64,000 nucleotides of DNA, taken from the NCBI GenBank assembly GCA_900316315.1, contig ONCK01000010.1:8082-72081 (forward strand), given 5' to 3'. The DNA comes from an uncultured Prevotellaceae bacterium (GTDB lineage Bacteria; Bacteroidota; Bacteroidia; Bacteroidales; Bacteroidaceae). Position numbers and translations under genes: made by a program. This document shows, piece by piece, positions 26,410 through 34,158 of this stretch (position 1 is its first letter; the number at the start of each line of letters is the position of its first letter). The notes beneath the pieces are model-generated. The model did not search any database and was not told the origin of the DNA. It saw only the letters and a program-made list of their open reading frames with translations.

Positions 26410-28059
26410 ATGGGATTGTTTATTAAGAAACCTTTTGATCAGCTTCAACACGAAGCTTTGGAGAACGGAAAGACTTCATTACGGCGTGTACTTGGGCCTG
26501 TGAGTCTTATAGCGATGGGTGTAGGCGTCATTGTGGGAGCCGGGCTCTTCAGTATTACAGGCATCGTTGCGGCCAACTACACCGGACCTGCTATAACGCT
26601 CTCTTTTATTATTGCAGCAGTGTGTTGTTGCTTTGCAGGCCTTTGCTATGCCGAGTTTGCCTCTATGATACCGGTCTCTGGAAGTGCCTATACCTATACT
26701 TATGCTACGATGGGCGAACTTGTGGCGTGGATTATTGGATGGGATCTCGTCCTTGAGTATAGCGTCGCAGCCACTACTGTCAGCATTAGTTGGAGCCGGT
26801 ATGTCATATCTTTTTTCGCAAGTATCGGCGTCGATTTGCCGCCTCAGTTGACAAGCTGTCCGTGGGATGGCGGAATCATCAATTTGCCGGCTTTGCTCAT
26901 TGTCGTCTTGATGAGTTTGGTGTTAATCCGAGGCACAAAGCAAAGCTCAGTGTTCAATGCCTTTATTGTGTTTCTCAAAATAGGCGTCATCGTCCTTTTT
27001 GTCATTCTCGGGTGGAAGTATGTCAACAATGACAATTTTCATCCTTATCTCCCGCCCAACACGGGCAAGTTCGGCGAATTTGGGATCTCGGGCGTGATGC
27101 GGGGAGCCGCCATTGTCTTTTTTGCCTTCTTAGGCTTTGACAGTGTGAGCACAATGGCGCAGGAGACGCGCAATCCGCGTCGCAATATGCCTATAGGCAT
27201 TCTGGGATCGCTGGTCGTTGTGTTGGTGCTCTATTTGAGCTTCGCCTACGTTATGACCGGTGTGGCTAACTATCATCTTTTCGAAGGGCAGGACGGCGTT
27301 GCTCCTGTAGCCGTCGCCATCTCCCAGATGGGACACATTGGCGCAGACGGCCACGTGATACCCGCTTACCCATGGCTCAACCGCGCCATTCTGCTCGCCA
27401 TTCTTGTCGGATACTGTAGCGTCATTCTGGTGACATTGTTAGCTCAGAGCCGCGTGTTCCTCAGCATGAGTCGTGACGGTCTGTTGCCCCCATTTTTTGG
27501 AAAAATCCATCCGCGTTTTCGTACGCCGACCCACAGCAATACTCTGTTTATGATAGGCGTCGGGCTTCTCGCGGCTTTTGTGCCCGCAGAAGTCGCCGGA
27601 GAGATGACGAGCATCGGTACGCTGTTTGCCTTTATCCTCGTTTGTGCCGGCGTGCTGATTGTGCGCCGGACCATGCCTGATCGAGAGCGAGCCTTTAGAG
27701 TCCCCTGGGTGCCGGCCATCCCCATTATGGGCATTATCTCCTGCTTCATCGTGATGATCTCGCTGCCTGCCGATACCTGGATACGACTCATCGTGTGGAT
27801 GCTGATAGGGCTGGATGTCTATCTCTCCTATGGCATCTTCCATAGCCGTCTCGATCCGCACCCCAGCCGCCGGGGTCAGAGCTATCTCAATATGTTGGGC
27901 ATTGCGATAAGTGTGCTTTGTACATTAAGCGGCTTCTGGCATCAGCAATCGGCAGGGTGGAAGAGTGACAAGACCTTGCTCATCGTCGCCTTAGTCTTTG
28001 GCTTGGGACACATGGCCTTTTGGCTCCACCGTATCTTCAAGACTCATGTCAAAGGGTAG
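26410..28059 (+). CDS. APC-superfamily amino acid permease (cationic amino acid transporter-like)
   Basis: 549 aa with about 12-14 TM helices. N-terminal signature GVGVIVGAGLFSITG and CYAEFASMIPVSGSAYTY. Confidence 0.85.
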   Translation: MGLFIKKPFDQLQHEALENGKTSLRRVLGPVSLIAMGVGVIVGAGLFSITGIVAANYTGPAITLSFIIAAVCCCFAGLCYAEFASMIPVSGSAYTYTYATMGELVAWIIGWDLVLEYSVAATTVSISWSRYVISFFASIGVDLPPQLTSCPWDGGIINLPALLIVVLMSLVLIRGTKQSSVFNAFIVFLKIGVIVLFVILGWKYVNNDNFHPYLPPNTGKFGEFGISGVMRGAAIVFFAFLGFDSVSTMAQETRNPRRNMPIGILGSLVVVLVLYLSFAYVMTGVANYHLFEGQDGVAPVAVAISQMGHIGADGHVIPAYPWLNRAILLAILVGYCSVILVTLLAQSRVFLSMSRDGLLPPFFGKIHPRFRTPTHSNTLFMIGVGLLAAFVPAEVAGEMTSIGTLFAFILVCAGVLIVRRTMPDRERAFRVPWVPAIPIMGIISCFIVMISLPADTWIRLIVWMLIGLDVYLSYGIFHSRLDPHPSRRGQSYLNMLGIAISVLCTLSGFWHQQSAGWKSDKTLLIVALVFGLGHMAFWLHRIFKTHVKG

Positions 28060-28094
28060 GAGTGAGGCCCTGGCAATAATCAGACATAGTTGAA

Positions 28095-28946
28095 ATGTTG
28101 AAAAAGTGGATTTTCCTTCTCCTGCTCGCTGCCACTTCAGCATGCCTCTCAGGCTACGCCGATATCATCAGTCGGGCGGAGCACTACTGGAACGGCCTTG
28201 ACCCGACAGACACCATCGCAGCTCAAGACAGCGAGAGGATGGACAGTCTGTTCACCGACTTTCTGACACTCCTGACGTGTCGTTCTGACTTGTCCTGGAG
28301 CGACAGCTGCGTCACCGCCTCCTTGCGTAGGATCGAGCACAATGGCTGGCTGCTGCACTATTGGCTTGACAAGTATAGGGAAAAGTGGTTGACCAAGGGC
28401 TCGCCACTCTACAATGAGCGCCGCTATCTCCCTGTTGCCCAGTATGCGGCCACCAGTGAGTATGTGGACGAAGGATACCGGTCACGGGCCCGATTTCATC
28501 TCCGACAGATACTGCTCAATCGGGTTGGCTCATCGGCCAACGACTTCAGCATCAAGCTGACATCAGGCCAGTCGATACGCTTGTCTCAATTGCGCGCGGA
28601 CTATACGATACTCTTTTTTTATGATCCAGACTGTCCCCATTGCTTGGCAGTCCTTGACGAGATGTACCATAGCCAGACATTGTCCAAGTGGCTTTCTCAG
28701 GGCGTCCAGCTACTCGCCGTCTATCCCTATATAGACGAGACGGCGTGGCGAGGCTGTGCCCACCTGATGCGTCCCGCGTGGCTCAATGGCATCAATCTTG
28801 ATGGGTGCGTCGCCGACATCCCCCTCTACGATATCAGCGATATGCCGAGATTGTACTTGCTCGACTGGGACAAATCTGTCGTCCTACGCAATACCTCTCT
28901 TGATACCATCCTCTCGACCCTCCGTCAGCTACTTGGCACAGAGTGA
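28095..28946 (+). CDS. DUF5106 + thioredoxin-like (TlpA-like) domain protein
   Basis: 283 aa with a signal peptide. N-terminal region AEHYWNGLDP is like DUF5106. The C-terminal half has FFYDPDCPHC (CxxC). Confidence 0.6.
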   Translation: MLKKWIFLLLLAATSACLSGYADIISRAEHYWNGLDPTDTIAAQDSERMDSLFTDFLTLLTCRSDLSWSDSCVTASLRRIEHNGWLLHYWLDKYREKWLTKGSPLYNERRYLPVAQYAATSEYVDEGYRSRARFHLRQILLNRVGSSANDFSIKLTSGQSIRLSQLRADYTILFFYDPDCPHCLAVLDEMYHSQTLSKWLSQGVQLLAVYPYIDETAWRGCAHLMRPAWLNGINLDGCVADIPLYDISDMPRLYLLDWDKSVVLRNTSLDTILSTLRQLLGTE

Positions 28947-29080
28947 CGCTCACGCGTTTTTGCCATTGTGAAGTGGCATTTTGCCGATTTCGAGGGCGCT
29001 GATTCCCCCTTTTGGCTCGAAATCAAAGAATTTGTTCAAAAAGATAGGCTAAAAAGTGACCAAGAAGATGTAAAAATAAG

Positions 29081-29088
29081 TATCTTTG
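29081..29088 (+). promoter_or_regulatory. putative -7 promoter box TATCTTTG for rplM-rpsI
   Basis: TAnnTTTG followed by CA, about 137 nt upstream of the GTG start at 29225. Confidence 0.5.
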
Positions 29089-29224
29089 CATGCCGATTAT
29101 TATCAATGGGTCCCTTAGACCCGTGTTGATTGTGCCGGACGAGCCCCGATGGCTTTTGGCCGAGCCTGTGGTTCAGAGGCACAGCAAAGACACTTAGTAG
29201 TACAACAAATTAACAAAAAGCAAA

Positions 29225-29686
29225 GTGAACACTTTAAGTTACAAGACCATCTCCGCCAACAAGGAGACCGTAGACAAGAAGTGGGTTGTAGTAGACGCCA
29301 GCGATCAAATCCTAGGTCGTCTTGGCTCTAAGATTGCCAAGCTCTTGCGCGGCAAGTATAAGCCCAACTTTACCCCTCATGTGGATTGTGGCGACAATGT
29401 CATCGTTATCAATGCCGATAAGGTCAAACTGACAGGCAAGAAGTGGACCGAAAAGGTCTATATCCGTTATACCGGCTATCCTGGTGGACAGCGTGAGCTG
29501 ACCCCTGCTCAGATCATGGCCAAGCCCAACGGCGCAGACAAGCTGCTCCGCAGAGTCGTAAAGGGTATGCTTCCCAAGGGCGCTCTCGGATCCAAGCTCA
29601 TTGACAACCTATATATCTACGCAGGTAGTGAGCATAAACACGAGGCTCAGCATCCTGAGAAGATTGACATCAACCTGTATAAATAA
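29225..29686 (+). CDS. rplM: 50S ribosomal protein L13
   Basis: 153 aa with a GTG start. KKWVVVDASDQILGRLGSKIAKLLRGK. Confidence 0.95.
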   Translation: MNTLSYKTISANKETVDKKWVVVDASDQILGRLGSKIAKLLRGKYKPNFTPHVDCGDNVIVINADKVKLTGKKWTEKVYIRYTGYPGGQRELTPAQIMAKPNGADKLLRRVVKGMLPKGALGSKLIDNLYIYAGSEHKHEAQHPEKIDINLYK

Positions 29687-29703
29687 ATCATTTTTAGGAA
29701 GAG

Positions 29704-30090
29704 ATGGAAAAAGTAAACGCATTAGGCAGACGCAAGAGCTCTGTCGCCCGTGTATACATCACTGAGGGTTCCGGCAAGATTACGATCAACAAGAAGAATC
29801 TGACGGACTATTTCCCCTCACCCCTCCTGCAGTACGTCGTCAAGCAGCCCCTTGAGGTCCTCGAAGTACTGGATAAGTATGACATCACGCTCAATATCAT
29901 CGGCGGTGGCTTCACTGGCCAGTCCCAGGCAGCCCGCATGGCTATCTCCCGTGCACTGGTCAAGATCAATGCTGATGACAAGAGCGCCCTGCGTGCCAAG
30001 GGCTTCCTCACCCGCGATAGCCGCGAGGTTGAGCGCAAGAAGCCGGGACGTCCGAAGGCTCGGCGTAGATTCCAGTTCAGCAAACGTTAA
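29704..30090 (+). CDS. rpsI: 30S ribosomal protein S9
   Basis: 128 aa. GRRKSSVARV and C-terminal RKKPGRPKARRRFQFSKR. Confidence 0.97.
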   Translation: MEKVNALGRRKSSVARVYITEGSGKITINKKNLTDYFPSPLLQYVVKQPLEVLEVLDKYDITLNIIGGGFTGQSQAARMAISRALVKINADDKSALRAKGFLTRDSREVERKKPGRPKARRRFQFSKR

Positions 30091-30251
30091 TTTTCGCCTC
30101 CTTTATTACTGGATTGGAAATCTAACGTTTAGTATCTAAACAGTTGAGACTTGTCGGTAGACACCATCAATATATAATGTATAGCCGACAACTACCCGAT
30201 TGTTGGTTTTCAAGTAAACAAAAAAGAAAGTAAACGAAACAAATTACGACT

Positions 30252-31103
30252 ATGTCACGTACAAATTTTGACCAATTACTACAAGCTGGTTGCCATTTCG
30301 GCCATTTGAAAAGAAAGTGGAATCCAGCCATGGCTCCCTATATCTTCATGGAGCGCAACGGCATCCATATCATCGACCTCAACAAGACCGTAGCCAAGAT
30401 AGACGAGGCTGCAGAGGCCCTGAAGCAGATCGCCAAGTCTGGCAAGAAGATACTATTTGTTGCTACTAAGAAGCAGGCCAAGGAGGTCGTCGCCGAGAAG
30501 GCCGCAGCTGTCAATATGCCCTACGTCATCGAGCGCTGGCCAGGTGGCATGCTGACCAACTTCACAACCATCCGCAAGGCCGTCAAGAAGATGGCCAACA
30601 TCGACAAGCTTACAGCCGACGGCACCTTCTCCAATCTCTCCAAGCGTGAGATTCTCCAGATATCCCGCCAGCGTGCCAAGATGGAGAAGAATCTGGGCTC
30701 TATCGCTGATCTCACCCGTCTGCCTTCTGCCCTCTTTGTCGTCGACGTGTACAAGGAGAATATCGCCGTCCATGAGGCCAACCGCCTCGGCATCCCCGTC
30801 TTTGGCATCGTAGACACCAACTCTGATCCCCGCAATATCGACTTCGTTATCCCCGCCAACGACGATGCCACCAAGAGCATCGAGGTCATCCTTGACGCCT
30901 GCTGTGCCGCCATTGCCGAGGGACTTGAGGAACGCAAGGTCGAGAAGGCCGATGCTGAGGCCGCTGAGGCCCAGCAGGAAGCCGAAGCATCGGAAGAGGA
31001 TAAGCCCCGCCGTCGTCGCGCAGCCCGTGCCCGCATCGAAAAGCCTGAGGCTACCGTAGCTGAGGCCTCCGCAGCCGAGCCCGCAGAGGACAAGGCAGAG
31101 TAG
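30252..31103 (+). CDS. rpsB: 30S ribosomal protein S2 (with Ala/Glu-rich C-terminal tail)
   Basis: 283 aa. LLQAGCHFGH, ERWPGGMLTN, GIPVFGIVDTNSDP. Confidence 0.97.
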   Translation: MSRTNFDQLLQAGCHFGHLKRKWNPAMAPYIFMERNGIHIIDLNKTVAKIDEAAEALKQIAKSGKKILFVATKKQAKEVVAEKAAAVNMPYVIERWPGGMLTNFTTIRKAVKKMANIDKLTADGTFSNLSKREILQISRQRAKMEKNLGSIADLTRLPSALFVVDVYKENIAVHEANRLGIPVFGIVDTNSDPRNIDFVIPANDDATKSIEVILDACCAAIAEGLEERKVEKADAEAAEAQQEAEASEEDKPRRRRAARARIEKPEATVAEASAAEPAEDKAE

Positions 31104-31160
31104 TCCATCAATCTATTACTTCATCTATTTATCAGACACATACAACACATAGATTATATT

Positions 31161-32153
31161 ATGGCAGTAAATATAGCAGACATACAGAAGCTTCGTAAGA
31201 TCACAGGAGCAGGACTTGCAGACTGCAAGAAGGCCCTTGAGGAAGCAGCCGGAGACATCAGTGCCGCTACCGAGATCGTTCGCGCCAAGGGCCTCGCCAT
31301 CGCAGCTAAGCGTTCCGACCGTCAGGCAGGCGAGGGCTGCGTCCTCGCCAAGACTGACGGCAAGTTTGGCGCCATGATCGCCCTCAAGTGTGAGACCGAC
31401 TTCGTCGCCACCAATGCAGATTTTGTCAAGCTCACCCAGGATATCCTTGATGCCGCCTTTGCCGCCAAGGCCAAGACCCTCGATGAGGTCAAGGCCCTCA
31501 AGCTCGGTGATATCACCATCGCCGAAGCCGTTACCCAGCGTAGCGGCATCACGGGCGAGAAGATGGAGCTCGACGGCTATCTCACTATCGAAGGCGAGAA
31601 CGTCAGCGTCTACAACCATCAGAACAAAAATGTCCTCTGCACCATGGTCGCTCTCAATGAGCAAGCGGATCCTGAGATAGGTCATCAGATTGCCATGCAG
31701 GTAGCCGCCATGAACCCCATCGCCATCAGCGAGGCCGACGTTCCTCAGGACGTCAAGGACAATGAGCTCAAGGTCGCCATTGACAAGACCAAGGAGGAGC
31801 AGGTCAAGCGCGCCGTCGAAGGCGCATTGCGCAAGGCCGGCTTCAACCTCTATATTTCCGAGAGCGAGGAGCATCTTGCCGAAGGCATCCAGAAGCATGA
31901 GATCACCGAGGCTCAGGCTGATGAGATCCGCCAGCTCAAGGCCAAGACTGCAGCCGACAAGGCCGCTCATATGCCCGAGCAGATGGTGCAGAATATCGCC
32001 AAGGGTCGTATGGCCAAGTTCTACAAGGAGTCCTGCCTGCTCGATCAGGAGTATTGTATGGATGCGACTAAGACCATCTCTCAGATTTTGCAATCAGCTT
32101 CTAAGACGCTGACAGTTACCGCTTATAAGCGATTTACACTACGTGCAGAATAA
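31161..32153 (+). CDS. tsf: translation elongation factor Ts
   Basis: 330 aa. IQKLRKITGAGLADCKKALEEA is the UBA-like N-terminus. Dimerisation-domain repeats present. Confidence 0.95.
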   Translation: MAVNIADIQKLRKITGAGLADCKKALEEAAGDISAATEIVRAKGLAIAAKRSDRQAGEGCVLAKTDGKFGAMIALKCETDFVATNADFVKLTQDILDAAFAAKAKTLDEVKALKLGDITIAEAVTQRSGITGEKMELDGYLTIEGENVSVYNHQNKNVLCTMVALNEQADPEIGHQIAMQVAAMNPIAISEADVPQDVKDNELKVAIDKTKEEQVKRAVEGALRKAGFNLYISESEEHLAEGIQKHEITEAQADEIRQLKAKTAADKAAHMPEQMVQNIAKGRMAKFYKESCLLDQEYCMDATKTISQILQSASKTLTVTAYKRFTLRAE

Positions 32154-32188
32154 TGTTTTGACTTTCATTCATACCTTTTTAATAAGTT

Positions 32189-32223
32189 GGCCCTGTCTCT
32201 TTGTGAGATAGGGCTGATTTTTT
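32189..32223 (+). terminator. rho-independent terminator of tsf
   Basis: GGCCCTGTCTC-TTTGT-GAGATAGGGCT stem (one or two G-U pairs), then GA and T6. Confidence 0.75.
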
Positions 32224-32356
32224 GCTCTAGATACCGATACCTTTTTATTAAATTTGAAATTATTGCTATCCGATAAAAGTTGACGGGCACAAGAATATCT
32301 GTTTCGGCTACTAATTACACGGGGACGGAGCCTGATTTTTTGATTTACAAGCCCCC

Positions 32357-33373
32357 TCAGTCGAACTGCGACGGCTCCGGCGGGGCATCGGATGCCTTGT
32401 CGAGCAGGATTTCCCTGTCTTTTTCGGGATTGTTTAACGGGCTGTAGAAATCAACGTAGTACCTCTGTTCTCCTGACCATTGTTGCCAGCCTTGAGAGAC
32501 TCTAGTGCCGTTTCAGCCATTTGTGCATCACCATAAGCAGAATGGCTATCGGCGTCACCCATATTTGGATTTTGATGGCGTTTGCGCTTCGGCCATAGTA
32601 GTATTTCAGAGGGCCTGCTTTATCTGCTTGAACAGCAGCTCGATTTCCCAGCGTTTGCGGTATACGGTTACGATCTTCTCCGGGACGGAGTCCATGTCAT
32701 GGGTCAGCAGTGATATGAGTTCGTACTTCTTCACATCACAGTAGCTTATTATGCGTGCTTTATGACGAATGTCCTTTGCGCCTTTCTGTTGTTTGGTAAA
32801 CTCCACATGTTGTATCCTCACTTCCATAAGACCGTCCGGAGTCTGACACATCGTGTCTTCCAATACTTTGTATTTTAACGATTTCTTCACCTTGGTCACG
32901 TAGAAGACTCTCCGTCTGTAAGCACCTGGGATTTCCCATAGTCGATATAGGCGCGGTCCATGGCTATTATGTCGCCCTCGCTGAGGGGCGTTAGCTAGAG
33001 CATGAAGGAGCTGTTGGTGGTAGCCGAGGTGAATGTTATGTCCGAAGGCACTCCCTCGTTGGCATGGATTATGGAATGCTGTACCTTGGTGCCCCCCCTT
33101 CTTTTGCCGGTCTTAGGATGCCGTCCTACAGCCTTGAAAAGTAGATTTGAGAACAGCGAGATGGTGGTGAAATCAATGATTTGAAGCCGCTTCATCCATT
33201 GGGGGAGTTTTGTGGCTGCGGCTGTCCGAGAAAAGAACTGTACAATAAGTGGCATACAAATCCCGGTAGATGGACTCAAATAAACGAAGAGTCTTAGACT
33301 TGTCAAGCAATTTATTGACCAGGAGAGAGTGTAAAGTAAACTGTGTTATCCTACTTTTATTGTAGCCAGACAC
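32357..33373 (-). pseudogene. IS4-family (DDE_Tnp_1) transposase pseudogene, frameshifted with internal stops
   Basis: Fragments LPQWMKRLQIIDFTTISLFSNLLFKAVGRHPKTGKRRGGTKVQHSIIHANEGVPSDITFTSATTNSSFML, VTKVKKSLKYKVL...VYRKRWEIELLFKQIKQ, and a C-terminal YYVDFYSPLNNPEKD...PPEPSQFD in different frames. Confidence 0.8.
33201..33320. repeat. ~120-bp direct repeat, copy A (5' transposase segment); copy B at 33686-33805
   Basis: By-eye alignment gives about 13 mismatches over ~120 nt. Both copies encode LDKSKT(L/P)RLFESIYR(D/N)LY. Confidence 0.85.
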
Positions 33374-33392
33374 AGTTTACTTTACACTCTCT
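33324..33392. other. perfect 22-bp stem / 25-nt loop hairpin abutting the truncated transposase 5' end
   Basis: AGAGAGTGTAAAGTAAACTGTG (33324-33345) is the exact reverse complement of 33371-33392. Confidence 0.9.
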
Positions 33393-33685
33393 GTTAATTA
33401 CGAGGTAAAATGAGTGCTGATTAAACGAGAAGTAGTCATAATTGCTATCTTGGTTGAGGTTGCTATCCATCCAGGCCAACTGTTGTTGGTACTGCTTGTG
33501 AGAGGGATGCCATCGTCACGAGTGCTGCCAACTTTTCCTTCCTTGTCACATAGTCTTGGTCTCTATGGCGTGCAGGATTGCCACCGTGTTAGTGGGATAC
33601 TTGGATGTTTTTATTTGGAGCAACGTATACTGTTAATCGGTCACTCGGAACTTGATAACTCTTGCTTTCTGCTTTATAGTTTATT

Positions 33686-33805
33686 TGGGGAGTCTTGCGG
33701 CTGCGTCTATCCGAGGAAAGAACAGTACGATAAGTGGTATACAAATTCCGGTAGATGGACTCAAATAAACGAGGAGTCTTAGACTTGTCAAGCAATTTAA
33801 TGACA
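33686..33805. repeat. ~120-bp direct repeat, copy B
   Basis: See copy A at 33201-33320. Confidence 0.85.
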
Positions 33806-34158
33806 TAACCATACAGCGGTTGTCCGCTAAAATGACTACTTTTGCCTATAGCCGACTTCTCCTTTTCGCAAAAGCAAAGTAGTCGAAAAGGGCTGACTCC
33901 TGCAATAGATGCCAGCCCTAATTTTTCAACACTTCAGAAAGTTTTATCGGACAGCAATAATAAAAAATTGTCCAGTAAAGGGCTTCTATGCGATAACTAT
34001 CAGAGGGTCTGCTCCAGACTTCCAACAATTAGCTACAAGTTAAGGTAAGTCATATATGTATATATCCAGATACGACAACTTGTACTTTTTCGTTATGAGC
34101 CAGTTTCTCAATATATGTATTGTCTTTAGTGTAATGTTATTTTACGTTACTCAGAGTA

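Larger units (their letters stand above)
32259..33961 (-). mobile_element. decayed IS4-family insertion sequence with internal rearrangement, bounded by 20-bp inverted repeats
   Basis: ATTATTGCTATCCGATAAAA (32259-32278) versus the reverse complement of 33942-33961, ATTATTGCTGTCCGATAAAA (19 of 20). Transposase fragments in at least 3 frames lie in between. Confidence 0.7.

Noticed and set aside
28961-28982. Possible terminator after the DUF5106/thioredoxin-like gene (TGCCA-8 nt-TGGCA followed by TTTT)
   Set aside because: A 5-bp stem is below what I would accept without energy calculation.
30091-30251. Possible structured rpsB leader (7-bp stem TTGTCGG 30151-30157 / CCGACAA 30185-30191)
   Set aside because: The stem is short with a 27-nt loop, no promoter box is present, and nothing resembles known S2 leaders. 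Too weak to report as a finding.
30521-31111. 196-aa minus-strand ORF antisense to rpsB
   Set aside because: Ala/Ser/Arg-rich shadow ORF opposite the ribosomal protein S2 gene.
31125-32093. 322-aa minus-strand ORF antisense to tsf
   Set aside because: Low-complexity Leu/Gly/Asp-rich shadow ORF inside a confidently identified EF-Ts gene.
33414-33782. 122-aa plus-strand ORF inside the IS debris
   Set aside because: It runs antisense across the duplicated transposase fragment and unrelated filler, with no family resemblance. Treated as non-coding.
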